From NCBI GenBank assembly GCA_050084985.1, contig JBITNC010000001.1, forward strand, positions 63,488,001 to 63,552,000: a DNA stretch of 64,000 nt, given 5' to 3'. The position numbers and the translations under genes are program-made. Positions 1 to 14,073 of the stretch are shown here, piece by piece. Each line of letters begins with the position of its first letter. Within the stretch, counting starts at the first letter, position 1. The notes under the pieces were generated by a model, which was not told where the DNA came from, did not search any database, and worked only from the letters and a program-made list of their open reading frames with translations. The DNA is from Nageia nagi (Eukaryota > Plantae > Pinophyta).

Positions 1-949
1 TAAATATTTCAATTTTCTATCTACCTGAAAGCATCCACCATGTAATTGTGTAAGGCTCTTAGAGTTGGTTCCAAGTGCTTCATCTTATCACTAACGCACA
101 CTATTAATTTTTTGTAGGTGGAAATATATAACCATCAACCAACAGATGGAGAACTAACTTATTATTTCTACAAGGGGTGGGACAAGTTACAATGTTATAT
201 GGATAAAGGAGGAAGTAATTACTACTTTTTTTAGACATAAATTACTATGCATATGATTTAATCATTCTTATGTTTACTAACATTCTTTTTAGATTATTTA
301 TAGGCATTAATAGGAGATATTTTTGGTGATGATGGAGCCCATGATGATGCTACTGCTCATGGTACCCTTGACATTGGTATTAATGTTGTTACTCATCAAC
401 ATGATGATGATGTTCTTAGTGATTATCAAAATGATGACCTTAGATTTCCTAATGGTGAGCTCGAGGTTGATTGAGGATATGGATACTTTGATGAACTTAT
501 GATGACATTTTTATACCATGATAGTGATTTATGATATTATGGTATGGATATGATGTATATATTTTAATATGACTTATGATATTTTGATGATGATAATTAT
601 GTGGATGTGTTCAAAATTTAGTACTTTAAATATGTTGCATGTGATTTCAATGGTGTGTTTAGAATGTATGTTTTATTTAATAGGAGTGAATGCATTGCAT
701 TCAAAATATGTGTATTGCACATGTTAGAATGAGTTGTATGGGAGCAAGAACAATGGGCAATAGATTGATTACATTCATGTTTACAATCTTACCACTACTT
801 GAATATTATCTTTTGTTGCTCAAGGTTTCACAATCATACAATCTGAACAATAATTGCATGATATCCACAAATGTATACATTGAAAGGGTTCATAAATTAT
901 TTGACAATATTTGATAAGATTATTTATCATCAACCTTCACATCAGGCAT

Positions 950-1781
950 CATAGTTAACCTTATTACCTTCATCTTAATTAATAATTTCTATAATTTTTC
1001 ATATATCTCATGTGTTTGTGGGTGTGATCTGTCTCCTACTATAAAAAAATGCACCCTTTTATCAACTTCAATCTGACTAAATATATGTATCTCCTTGATT
1101 CCTCTATCTTTCATCAATTTCCTTACACTTTGAATAACATCCAACCCATGCACTTTAGAATGTATAATGATCAATCCTAGGAATAATGCAACAAGATTCA
1201 CTCATGCTAATAAAGTATGTATAGCCCTCATACACCAAACCTGCATGGTTGCATACAAGTAGAACACATATAAAGATTATGCTGTTAGGGTTGGTTATCA
1301 AGTGCTTCATCGGACCAAAGAGTTTAAGGGCATCCTATTTGTAAGCATGAACTACATATCCTATAATTATTGTAGTCCATGAAATTGTGTTTGCAACATG
1401 TATCTTATCAAACAATTCTAAATCCTTATCTATTCTTCCATATTTTGCATACATGTCTATTAGGATACTCATAACCATAATATCTAATAAAAAACCATAG
1501 TTATGTTCACTTGATAAGATGATGTCAAAAATCAACAACAATATCCATTGCAACAACCTTGGACATAAACTTAGTTGCAGTATGGCAGTCATCACATACT
1601 TGAAGGTTCTTCATAACTCTAATAATATTCCTAAGGGGAGTCTTTAACAACCTGGACACATCATTTCAAACATGTAGAATGTTGTTGTAGAGAGTTTTGG
1701 TGATGTAAAGTAATGCAATATCTAAAGACTAACTTTAATTAATATCCTTACACTTTGAACATTATCCAACCTACCCACTTC
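950..1781 (-). pseudogene. Fragments of a PLS-E-DYW class PPR gene (downstream part of a scrambled pseudogene)
   Basis: Minus-strand peptides: EVGRLDNVQSVR (1781-1745, E2 motif), RVMKNLQVCDDCHTATKFMSKVVAMDIVV (1620-1535, DYW CxxCH motif), ILIDMYAKYGRIDKDLELFDKIHVANTISWTTIIIGY (S/P2 motifs), VRKLMKDRGIKE..SQIEVDKRVHFFIVGDRSHPQTHEIYEKL (E2/E+). Stops, deletions and non-canonical motif order. Confidence 0.85.
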
Positions 1782-2281
1782 TGAAGGGATTGCAATATAA
1801 CATAAATAATCCTATACTACCAAGATCTCATGAAAGTTGAATCTCACATCTAAATAAATTAAATAAGATAATCTCACAAAGATAACTCAATATATAAAGT
1901 GGTTCCTCCAACTAGGAGTACATCCACTAATAAGATCTTCTTTCATTCATAAAAATGAACCTCTTACAATTATCATAACTCATCTCCTAAACACTATCCT
2001 ATAGCATAACTTTACTTCTCAAATTGGTGTGTAATCACAGAGGGAGCCTTCTATTTATAGCCCAAAATTCCTCTTTGGATCACCCTTTTATCCAATGTAC
2101 AAAGGCATGACATGCACTCCCTTTTACCCAAGGGGCATGCTCATGACATGGAGTGTAGGATAAGTTACATTATCATATTCACTTAAATACTTAAGGTATC
2201 TAATGGTAACTTTAAGCATTAGTGAATTTACAAAGAGAATTATTACAAAACCTTTACAATAATGCATTATACATTCCAACA
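1782..2281 (-). repeat. 3' LTR of outer copia element
   Basis: TG...CA ends; about 93% identical by eye to 15277-15778; PPT adjacent. Confidence 0.93.
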
Positions 2282-3029
2282 CTCCCCCTTAATGCAATAT
2301 TGGGATAAAGCAAATAAGAGAGAAGAAAGAAAGAGAGTAAGAGAGTTCTCCTCCAAATAGATACAATAGGAGATGAGAAGGTTTTACATATTTATGAAGT
2401 AAGAAAGATCTAATTTGAGACTCACTAATTTACCATTTTAACAAATGTTTACAGTACAATCATTAACCATAACCGATTTTAATGTACTTAAAGCAGTCAT
2501 CCAACTGGAAGTCATGATGAGTCTCCATGAGCCTGCATACTTAAAGTAAGTAACTTGCAATCTTAAGAGAACATATAAGTCATAAGAAACTCAAACAACA
2601 AGATTAATTATATGCAACATAATCATATCAACAAGGATATATGTATCAAATAATGCCATCATAAACTGATCAATGGTGCACTATAAGTCATCATGAAGAT
2701 GCTAAGCCAAAAACTCATAGTCACATGTTGTATACAAAATATGTGTTGATTATCATTACCAAATAGAGCAAAATAAAATGCACATATGAGTTCCTCACAT
2801 ATGGATAACTAAACAATTCCAAAAGACACAAATGAGTTCCACACACATGGATAACTAAATAGTGCTAGATTGGCCAATCTTTTGCTCAAAAAATTGCACA
2901 AGTTCCTCACGTAGAGCAAACTTACCATGAATGTGTACAATAAAAATAACACTATAGAACATAAAATCCTCTTAGAGGTGAATTTATCATCATAAACATG
3001 AATTCAACATAAAAATTCAAACTTCACTC

Positions 3030-6000
3030 CCCTTGAGGGCAACCTCACCAACTTGATAGCATCCCTAAGCTTACAAAACTGAGCTTCAAAAAGGGGCTTG
3101 CTGAACAAGTTAGCAGAGGTCAAGGTGGACAATACTCTAGGTGTATGATGCCATCATGAACCTTCTCCATGATAAAATGGGCCTATATTTCTTCATGTTT
3201 TATTTTTTAATGGAACATAAGATTCTTAGCCAAAAAAATAACTAATTGATTATCTAGAAAAATTAGAGATGAGCCAACTTATTCATACCTAATTTCTTCT
3301 AGAAGATACCTTAGCCAAATAGCTTCCTTGGTTGCAATAGACATTACACAATATTCAGCTTCTATGGTGGAAAGTGAAATAGTAGGCTACTTCTTACAAG
3401 CCCAAGAGATAGCACCTGAACCAATGCTAAAAACATATGCAGAGGTTGACTTCCTATCATCTCTATCTCCCTCATAGTTAGAATCTAAGAACCCTAAGAG
3501 GACAAACAAGGGCAACTTGGAATACTTGAGAGTAAGATCCTTCATCCTTGTAATATACCTCAAAGATTTACTTAATAGCATTTAAGTGCTCAACATATGG
3601 TTTCTACATGAATCGTGCCATCAAATTCACTGCAAAGGCAATATCTGGCTTGGAAATAGTCAAATACAGAAAACTACCAATTAATTGCCTATAAGTTGTA
3701 GCATCAGCCAACTAAGAGTTGGAGCTAAGAGAAATAATGATTCTATGAGAGATTGGGATTGAAACATGTTGACACTCCTCCATTCCAAACTTTTGCAAGA
3801 TGTCTAATATATACTTGGATTGATTGAGATAGGTACAATCCTTGTATTGATACACTTGAATTCCAAGGTAGTAGTGTAAGAGACCAAGATCAATCATTTC
3901 AAACATTGTCTTAAGTTTGGATATGCACTCTTAAATGATTTCATCATTATTCTTAGTAATCAAAATATCATCCACATAAAGAAGAATCAAGACCACAACT
4001 TTTTCTTGATTGAGCACATAAAAATCAGAGTCAAAAAAGCACTTGAAGAATCCAATGTTTGTAAAGTATCCTAAAATCTTCTTGTACCAAGCTCTTGGTG
4101 CTTACTTAAGTCCATACAATTAATTCTTTAGCTTGCACACAAAAGACTCTTTACCTTCTATAATAAACCCTTCTAGTTGATTCATGAAGATTTTCCACAT
4201 CCAAGCCACCATTAAGAAAAGCACTCTTAACATCAAGTTGAAAAACTTCCCATCTTTGAGCTGCTAAAAGAGAAAGAATTATCTCATAGAAGGCATCTTT
4301 GCTGTGGGAGCAAAGGTTTTCTCATAATCTACACTATATTTTTGAGTAAAAACTTTAGTTACTAACCTTGCTTTGAATTTCTCAATATCCCCAACTGAAT
4401 TGTACTTGACCTTGTAGATCCACTTATTGCTAATCATATTTTTCTCATTGGGATAAGGAACGAAGTTCCAAGTTTTATTTTTCATAAGCACCTTATACTC
4501 CAATTTCATGACTTTCATCCAACACTTGTGCTTAGAAGCTTATTTGAAAGATGAGGACTCATTCTTGTTATCAATATTAGCAAATAAGGATTTATTCAAG
4601 GTCATGCTTGTTATTACCTTTTATGTTGGAGAATTTGGCTCTTGAGATGACTTGTCTACATCAATATCTAACTAGCTAGGTGCAACTGATGAGTCATTTG
4701 AATCATCAACATCCTCATTAGAAGTAGATTCTTTAGGAAGTTCATTGAACTTTACATCCCTATAGATGAACACTCCTTTATACGATGGAGAGTAAAGCCT
4801 TTAGCCTCTATGCTGATTGTCATAACCCATAAAGATGTATTTTTTAGCTCTTTTGTCTAACTTTTCCTTTTTCTTAGAAATAATGTAAGAGAATGCTTCA
4901 TGAATGTTAGGTTTTCTTCTTGATCAAGCCTCAAAAGGAGTTTTACCATGAACAAATTTTATGGGACACCTATTCAAGGTGTAAATAGCAATGGTCACTT
5001 CTTAATCCCATAAGAAACTAAGAAGATTACCCAACATGCATCTACCCATCTTCATTATTATCCTATTTTTCCTTTCAGTAACATCATTTTACTGAGGAGT
5101 GTATGGAATTGTAAACTACCTCTTAATTCCATACTTAGCATAATAGACATTGAACTCATTGCTATTATATTCTCCCCCATTATCTGATCTCAACATCTTG
5201 ATTTTAAGGCTATTTTGATTTTCAACTAACGCCTTAAAATTCTTGAAAATCTTAAAGGTTTGATCCTTGTGCTTAAGAAGATAGCCAAATGTCATTCTAC
5301 TAAAATCATCGATGAAGGTCAAGATGTAAGATGCTCCTCCAAGCGACTTAGTCTGAAATGGATCCATCAAATCTGAATGCATAAGTTGAAGAGGTTGAGA
5401 TGATCTTGTTGCCTTATCTTTTTCTAACCTTTATCTATTCATCTTACATAAGATGCACTTCTCACGTAGACCAATTAAAAGTAAAATTGAAGGCAAACCT
5501 TCCACAAGTTCTTGGTCTTTCATGACTTGAATACTCTTGTAGTTATGGTACCCTAAATGTTGATGGAAAAGATTGCCTTTAGAACACACATTCATAACAA
5601 GACACATCTTTGTTAGAACTTGATCCACAATGAAAAAATCATCTTTCACTGAACCTTTAACCAATGTGGTAAGTCCTTTCTTAATGCACCAAGATTATGA
5701 GTTGAACTCGAATGAGAACCCTTTTCTTGTAGCTTGGATCACTTAGAGAAGATTCATCTTAAGCTTAAGAACATAGAGCATATTATCTAGAACCTTTCTA
5801 TGAATCAACACACTCCCAATGCCTTGGACTTCAAGGATAGACTTATCACCTATCATAACTGCATCTTTCTTATACTTGTGAAAGTTCTCAAAGTTATCTT
5901 TTTGAAAGCATAAATGATTAGTGCAACCAAAATCAACAATCCAATCAGATGAAAAAGTATGAGTCATGGAGTAGAGCACAACAACAACTCTAGCTTTTAA

Positions 6001-6936
6001 ATTCTTCTTCCTTTGAAGTTCTTTACATTGCTTTTATACTTTTCCTTTATTTTCTTTTCATAGCAATCAATTTCTTTATGACCATAGATGCCACAAAATT
6101 TATAATTCCCATTAGACTTTGCCTTAGGATTTGGTTTTCTTGCCTTACCTTTTCCATCTCTATGCTTGAAGAAGATGTTGTTTTCGTGATTATCATTGTT
6201 GTCATGGTTGCCATTGTTGCCATTATTGTTGCCTTTTTTTCAAACCTTTTAGAGGAAGAAGGATAAGATTTCTTATGATGATTGACCTTCTTCTTGAAAG
6301 GAATTTTGGTTGCTCTTAGAGAAACATTATTATCCTTTGTAGAAGAAATCAACATCTTTTTGTTAAGAGTTTCCTCATACTTTAAAAGGAGCCTAGAAAG
6401 ATTCTCAAGGGAGAAGACTTCTTCTTCATCATCAAGCCTAGTCTCAATTATTGGCATAAAGTTACCAAAATTTGAAGAAAGGCTTTAGAGAATGATAAAG
6501 ACCATGAACTCATCATTGATCCAATTACACCCACAAGTAAAAAGTTGGATACTAAGGTCAATGATTTTATTCAAGTAGATGGAAACACTTTCATCTTTCC
6601 CTTGACAAGATTGAAGCAACTTTTGGAGGATAGTAAACCTTCTAGAAAACTTAGATCTAAGATAAATCTTCTTAAACTTATCCCAAGCTTCCTTTGTTGA
6701 GGTTGAGCTTGAAATCATAAGGATCACATCATTTGAAATCATACAAAAAATCATAGAGGTTGCTAACTCATTTTTCATGTTGTATGCCTCAAGTGTCTTC
6801 TCATCTGTAGGAGCAACAAAGTCTTTATTTACTATTTGCAAAGCTTCCTTACTTGCAATTCAACTCTCATCAAAGGTTCCCAAATCTCAAATTTGGAACC
6901 GTCAAAAATGTGTTCGAGTAAAAAGGTGTCTCCCAT
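3030..6936 (-). pseudogene. Degenerate copia gag-pol of the outer element
   Basis: gag FDGSKFEIW, protease WIVDFGCTNH, integrase HSDL..DDFSR..SDNGGEY, RT KWIYKVK..KARLV and LYVDDI, RNase H DS..DRDDRKSTS; many stops and frameshifts. Confidence 0.92.
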
Positions 6937-8581
6937 TTGCTACATAAGAATGTGAATAAATAATAAGTATGTGGTTCAAAAAATAACATTACATGTTAAG
7001 TTTTAATCCAAGTAAATAATACATGTTAAAATTAACAAGGACATACTTGATTTGTTCCATAAAAGCAAATGTTTACAACTCAAATATACATCCCATGTAC
7101 CCAAATACCAAGAATCGTAGATGTAAAGTGACAATGTTGAGGCTTGTTTTCTTCTCTAAAATTAGGCCTTCACCTATATGCCCATAAGTTGGAGCGCAGG
7201 TACGACCAATCCTCAATCAGTTTGCCTTCGGTAATATTATACTCTCACAAGGAGAAGTACCTACTATTTTCCAAGGTTATGACATATATTGGATCGACCA
7301 AATTATTAATCTTGATTAGGTTTCAAATTATCCTCTTAAGTTACCAGGATAATCCCTAAATGGACATGTGGACATGTGGTATCACTACACACATGCCTGT
7401 CCACCTATTGGAGTTATATCTAGACCAATAGAGGACTTAAGGGCATTAATAAGCATAAACTTTTCACCATTTGGATCGTTAGACTTAAAGGCTCTAGTCT
7501 ACTGGTCTTCACCTCATGGCTCCCCAAAGAAGTCATCTTGCAAAATGTACATGCAGATGTGTTCATTTTAGGGGGTTGCTCATTTCAATGTTTGTGATTT
7601 TTGCATAAGTAAATAAAGCAAAAAATGCAAAACATGAAGTAAAAAAAATTAAAAATGAAACATCATTCATTCATAGCTTGGAACCTAAGAGACCAATAGA
7701 TTTTGTTTACTAACCCCTAAAGGACATATTTACATAGGTCCATAATTTGCATACGTTGACTTTGCATAAGAAAGGATAAATACTCAAGCATAAACATGCC
7801 TTGTTTCCATAATTTGCACAAGTCCATTTCATTCTTGTATAAGGAAGTAAAATGCATTATAACTTAAAATTTAAATAATAAACATGCATTATTCCTATAG
7901 ACAAAAATTATTCCATCTTTAAGCAAACATTTAAGAGGCATAAATATGCATTATTTCCTCAATTTGCATTTATCTATCACTTTACAAAATACTTAGCATG
8001 CATTATTTAAAAAATAAGAAGCATTCATCATATCCTATTTGCATTTAAAAAGGTAGATAGACATGCAATATCTAGATAAAATTTAAGTAAAAATTTATAC
8101 AATTTTCCCCGTCTTTTACTTAAAAATTTATCCCCTAAAGATAACATACTAGTTTTACCTTAGAAATTTAACTAAGAAAAAATAATACTTTTAACTAAGT
8201 AATTTTCATGTTAAAATTTATCTTCTAAGTTTTAAAAGATAAAGAAATACACTTAATATATATTTAAAAAAAGAATGATGACAAGCATTAATTTTGAAGG
8301 TAGAGTTTACTCCCAAGTATGATATAAAAAGGAACCTTTTTGATCAAGCATTAATTTGGAACTAGAGTTTTCTTCAAGTTACTTAAATAGATCATCATTT
8401 ATTTACCATAATTATTGCAAGAATTAAATGTAAATTAAAACTTGCACAAAACATTGAGAAATCGAAGTCATAAATTTTTTGTAATAAACAAGAAAGGGAT
8501 AGGTGCAAGAATGGCTATAGGGGAACCACAATGGAAGGAGAGAGAGTAGAGAGGTTTAGGAGAGCAACTAGGTGAAAGGAG

Positions 8582-9179
8582 TGAAGACAGTTTGTCAATC
8601 TCTGAATATAGATTCTAAAAACATTTACATATAGTTTTCCAACGTATGCCATTGAAGCAGTATGGATATCCATCAAGTAGTAATTATTGTGGATGTGAAT
8701 GCCTAATATTCATGTATGTAAAAATGAGGAATACACAAGGATCAGAATTATGATGTGTATAGATTCGTGGACTGTAGCAATGCATTGAAGACTTGAAATC
8801 ATTCCGATGTAATGACAAACTCTACATCCTTTACCAGCATTCCTTTTTGCATATCCACTGTGTGAACTAGTGAAGAAGGTATGAAGATCCAACAAAGCGT
8901 AGTTGGAATCGTTACACAGCGGATATTGTGGTAATTGAAGAATTATCAATGATAGGCGGAGATGGCACAAAGAACTATTGATGCAGATACCATTACATGG
9001 ATGGCAATAATCTAAGGATAATACACTTTCTAAAAAGGCTCATGAGACTTTTGAGTAGATGCAATTGTTTAGTGTAAAGTTAGACTCTACAATCTTTGCC
9101 AGTATTCTTCCAGCGAGCGTTGCTATGGGAGCTTGAGAGCAAGGTGTGGACGTCCGTTACAGTAGCTGAGTTGTCTACA
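8582..9179 (-). repeat. 3' LTR of inner copia element (PPR-derived sequence on + strand)
   Basis: TGAAG...CTACA; about 33 substitutions versus the 5' LTR by eye; + strand translates to PPR-like peptides (KAHETFE*MQLFSVKLDSTIFASILPASVAMGA*EQGVDV). Confidence 0.95.
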
Positions 9180-9189
9180 TTCTCCCCCT

Positions 9190-12100
9190 TGATGCAAAGA
9201 GGACTCACCATGGAGTCTCTGAGCATCACATACTGAGCTTTGACAACACCTTTTGTGAAAATATCAGCCAAGTTGATCTTGGTGTTGCAATAGTGAAGCT
9301 CAATTTGTTCCTTCTCCACCATGTCATGAATGAAGTGGTACTTGAGTTAGAAGTGCTTTGACCTATTGTGGTGGATGGGATTGTGTGCCAACTGAATGGC
9401 ACTTTGATTGTTACAGTAAAGAATTGTTGGTCCATGTTGTTTCTCACTAATTTCATCAAGTAGTTTCCTTAGCCATAAGGCTTGTGCACTAGCTGTGGTG
9501 AGGGCCATATACTCAGCCTCACAAGAAGAGAGAGCAACTGTAGATTGCTTCTTAGAACTCCATGTTATCATTCCTGAACTAAGTGAGAAACATTGCCCAG
9601 AAGTGGACTTCCTATCATCCAAATTACTACCCCAATCACTGTCACTAAAACCAACAAGCTTAAACTTTTCAACAGGAGAGTAGTGAAGACCATAACCGAT
9701 GGTACCTTTGACATACCTCAAAATGCATTTTACAGCCTTCAAATGCAAAATAGAAGGATCATTCATGTATCTAGATACCAAAGAGATAGCAAATTGTATA
9801 TGAGACCTAGTGTTGCAAAGGAACATAAGGCTGCCAACTATGCTTCTAAATTCTGTCACACTTGCTTTTGGAGCACCATCATCCTTACAAAGCAACTCAC
9901 CATGAGCTACAGGATTGTGAATAGTAGTACAATTCATTATACCATACTTGGAAAGCATGTCCCTTGCATATTTACTTTGACAAACAAAAATCTCTTCTTG
10001 ACATTGGTGGACCTCCATGCCAAGAAAGTACCTCATAAGGCCCAAATCCTTCATTTCAAACTCATTCATCAAATCAATCTTAAATTTGTTGTTCAAGATG
10101 GGATCACTTCCCATATATATCAAATCATCAACATAAAGAGAAACAAGCAAAATCTGATTACCTTCTCTCTTGATGTAGAGTGTTGGCTCATTCTTGCTCC
10201 TCATGAGTCCAAAATTCTGAAAGTATCCATCTATGCGAGTGTACCAAGCTCTTGGAGCTTGCTTAAGACCATACAAGGCCTTCTTGAGTTTGTACACATG
10301 ATGTTCTTTGCCTTGCACTTGAAAACCTTGAGGCTGATGTACAAAAACCTCTTCATCCAAGTAACCATTCAAGAATGCACTCTTCACATCCATGTGGTAA
10401 ACACTCCAATGGTTTTGGGCAGCCATTGAAAGGAGCAACCTTACTGTTTCTTGCCTTGCAACCGGTGCAAAAGTCTCTTCAAAGTCTACACCATGTTTTT
10501 ATGTGAAGCCTTTAGCAACCAATCTCGCTTTGTGTCTCTCTATGGTACCATCACTGTTGTACTTGGTCTTGTAGACCCACTTGGAGCCCACACACCTCTT
10601 TCCTTTGGGCAACTCACAAAGTTCCCAAGTGTCATTTTTGTTTATGGAGTGAAGCTCCTCTTGCATAGCCTTCACCCACACATTTTTGGTGCAAGCTTCC
10701 TCATAACAAGATGGATCAAAAACAGAAATATTAGTATTTTGGGCTGCACATAAAGCATAGTTCACCATCTCACCCTTTGGATCCTCATCAAGTTCCATAT
10801 TGCTAAATTGCTTACCATTTCATGAAATTGACTTCTTGTTAATCTTTGCTGGAAATTTTGATCTAAAACTTGAGAAGGAGGATGGTTTTGAAAGTGTCTT
10901 TTACCTCTCTTGGTCTTCATCACTTATTGGATCACACTTGGAGAGCCACCACTTGAAGGTGAGCTTGGAGTGGATTTTGAGCTTTGAGATGGACTTGATG
11001 GAGGACTTGGAGGCATCACTTGGAGGTTTGGAAGAGAATTTGATCTCTTGGGCTACACATTCTTTGTTTGTGAAGTATCTTCATGGCTGGTCACTCCTCC
11101 TCAAATGTTTGCAATGCATTTTTGCTATTGTCCATACACTTTCTCCTCCTCAAAAATGACATCCCGGGAGACAAGTGTTTTCTTGGTTTTGGGGTTGTAA
11201 AGCCTATATGCTTTACTCTCATCACTGTATCCAATGAACACACATGGTTCACTCTTTGCATCCAACTTTTTTCTATGCTCCTTTGGCACATGAGCATATG
11301 CCAAACACCCAAAAACTCTGAAATGCTGGACAGTAGGCTTCTTATCATACCAAGCCTCATAGGGGGTCTTACCTTCAACGACACTAGTGGAACACCTATT
11401 CAAGATGTAGTTTGTTGTCTTTACCGCTTCAACCCAATACATGTAATGCAATTTTTTGGATTGCATCAAACATCTTGCCATCTCCATGAGAGTTCTATTC
11501 TTCCTCTCTGCCACACCATTTTGTTGAGGAGTATAGGCTATAGTAAATTGTCTTTTGATGCCATTTTGCTTGCAAAACTCAAAAAAATCAGTAGAAGAAT
11601 ACTCTCCTCCTCTATCACTCCTCACACATTTAATCTTATGTTCACATTCATTCTCAACCATCTCTTTGAATTCTTTAAAAAACTCAAATGCTTCATCTTT
11701 ATGCTTCAAAAAATAGACCCAACACATTCTACTAAAATCATCAATGAAGGTGAGAAAATAAGAACTCATACCAAGACTTTTGTTTTGCATTGGTCCACAT
11801 AAATCAGTATGAACCAACTGTAGTGGGAATGAGGCCCTCCATGCTTTCCCATGATCAAATTTCTGCCTTGTTTGCTTGCCCAACAAACAACCTTCACAAA
11901 CTAATTTTGGATTTTCAACAAGAGGTAAACCATGAACTAGCTCATGAGATAGTTTCAAACTACTGAAATTTACATGTCCAAATCTAAGATGCCATAACCA
12001 AGACTCATCTTTAACAGCCACATTTGTAAGAATATTATCCCCCTTTTCTCCAAGTTTCAATGGGAATAAACGATTTGGAGACATTTTAACAGTAGAAACT

Positions 12101-13368
12101 AACTTATGCCCATGGTTCTTATCAAAAATTTCACACTTACCCTCATCAAAGACTAGCTTGTAGTTATTTTCCAACATTTGCCCAATACTCAACAAACTAT
12201 GAGCCATATCCGGAGTGTGATACACATTGTGCATCTTCTTCATCCCATGCTTGGTAGGCACCTCAAGCATGCCTTTGCTAGCCACCTCAATTGCAGAATT
12301 ATTGCCAAGCTTGATACTTGACTTGTAGGAATGGTCCATGGATGAAAGTAGCTCCCCCTTACCGGTCATATGGTTTGAACATCCAGAGTCCAACAACCAA
12401 GTCTCCTCTTATTTTGCTTCAACCATATGGGCTGTCTCCTCCATGGAAAGAAAGAGAGTTTCACCATACTCTTCTTCCTCTCCATAATTTACCACTTTTC
12501 CATCACCATTTGCAGCTTGTTTTACTCTACACTCCCTTGCATAATGCCCATACTTGTTGCAGTAGTAACATTGAGCATTCCTCTTGTCACCATTGCTTTT
12601 ACCTCTTCCTCTTGTGTTGGAATAGCCTCCTCTTCCTCTACCTCTACCTCTCCCTCTTTGCTGGCCTCTACCTCTGCCTCTACCTTGTCCATTTGAGCTA
12701 GAATCACCTTCTTTTGCAGCAAAGGCTTTCTCCTCTTTACTGGATTGGACTGGTTCATCATCAACCATTTCTTCATGAGATATAAGGCAACCAATGAGGG
12801 AATCTATCTCCATTTGAGAGAGTTCTTTTGTCTCTATCAATATCACAGCAATGTGATGCCACTTCTTGGTAAGAGATCTTAGAATTTTTTTGATTACAAT
12901 GGCCTTCTCCAAGGTCTCTCTAAGAGTTAGCATTTTGTTCACAATCTCTTTCACTCTAACACAATAATTTGAAGCTTTTTCACTCTCCTTCATTTTTAAA
13001 TTCTCAAATTCTATCCTTAGAGTCTACAATTTTACCTCCTTCACTTGATCACTCCCTTGGAATCCTACCTTCAACACAGCCCAAGCCTCTTTGGATATCT
13101 TGCAGCCTACAATTCTTGGAAAAATGCTCCTATCAAGAGCTGCTTGGAGATGAGACAGGGTAAGAGAGTTCTTGCTCCTACATTCCTTCATAGCTTTCTT
13201 ATCATCTGCTAAAAGAGAGCTCCAATCTGCTGGCTCTACATAGCCATCATCAACAACATCCCACAAATCTTTGCCAGTGAGCAAAGTTTGTATCTTGATG
13301 CTCCAATATCCATAGTCACTACCATCAAACTCTGGAATGGGAATGGATGAGCTTGTGTTGCTGGCCAT
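9190..13368 (-). pseudogene. Copia gag-pol polyprotein of the inner element, interrupted by a few stops/frameshifts
   Basis: FDGSDYGYWS gag start, RG-rich tract, zinc knuckle CYYCNKYGHYAREC, protease LDSGCSNHMTG, LWHLRFGH, integrase HTDLCGP/DDFSR/SDRGGEY/PQQNGVAERKNR, RT DVKSAFLNG and LYVDDL, RNase H SDSDWG..RKSTSG. Confidence 0.95.
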
Positions 13369-13475
13369 TATACCTGCAAACAAGAAACCAAAACACTACA
13401 AGCAACTTTTGTAATTGCTAGAAGCCACAGGCTTTCTCAAACCCAGCTTAGACCCCTCAATGCTCTGATACCAAG

Positions 13476-14073
13476 TGAAGATAGTTTGTCAATCTCTGAA
13501 TATAGATTCTAAAAACATTTACATATAGTTTTCCAACATATGCCATTGAAGCAGTATGGATATCCATCAAGTAGTAATTATTGTGGATGTGAATGCCTAA
13601 TATTCATGTATGTAAAAATGAGGAATACACAAGGATCACAATTATGATGTGTATAGATTCGTGGACTGTAGCGGTGTGTTGAAGACTTGAAATCATTCCG
13701 ATGTAATGACAAACTCTACGTCCTTTACTAGCATTCCTTTTTACGTATCCACTGCGTGAACTAGTGAAGAAGGTATGAAGATCCAGCAAAGCGTAGTTGG
13801 AATCGTTACACAGCGGATATTGTGGTAATTGAAGAACTATCAATGATAGGTGGAGATGGCACAAAGAACTATTGATGTAGATACCGTTACATGGATGACA
13901 ATAATCTAAGGATAATACATTTTATGAAAAGGCTCATGAGACTTTCGAGTAGATGTAATTGTTGAGTGTAAAGTCAGACACTGCAACCTTTGCCAGTATT
14001 CTTCCAGCGAGCGCTGCTATGGGAGCTTGAGAGCAAGGTGTGGATGTCCGTTATAGTAGCTGAGTTATCTATA
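13476..14073 (-). repeat. 5' LTR of inner copia element (PPR-derived sequence on + strand)
   Basis: Direct repeat of 8582-9179; terminal CA mutated to TA; PBS adjacent; + strand reads VKSDTATFASILPASAAMGA*EQGVDV. Confidence 0.95.

Larger units (their letters stand above)
8582..14073 (-). mobile_element. Ty1/copia LTR retrotransposon (inner, nested in the 5' leader of the outer element)
   Basis: Two 598-bp LTRs; PBS complement gctctgatacca 13462-13473; PPT complement ttctccccctt 9180-9190; TSD aggag (8577-8581)/gggag (14074-14078). Confidence 0.95.

Noticed and set aside
8582-9179. Functional PPR protein encoded by the LTR
   Set aside because: Motifs are truncated, frameshifted and contain stops in both LTR copies; any role would be at the DNA/RNA level.
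9593-11802. Long + strand ORFs (278 aa at 9593-10429, 239 aa at 11083-11802) as novel genes
   Set aside because: They are antisense shadows of the copia RT and integrase frames with no independent motifs.
13462-13473. tRNA gene fragments (also 15263-15274, 59762-59773)
   Set aside because: These are 12-nt primer-binding sites complementary to the tRNA-Met 3' end, not tRNA genes.
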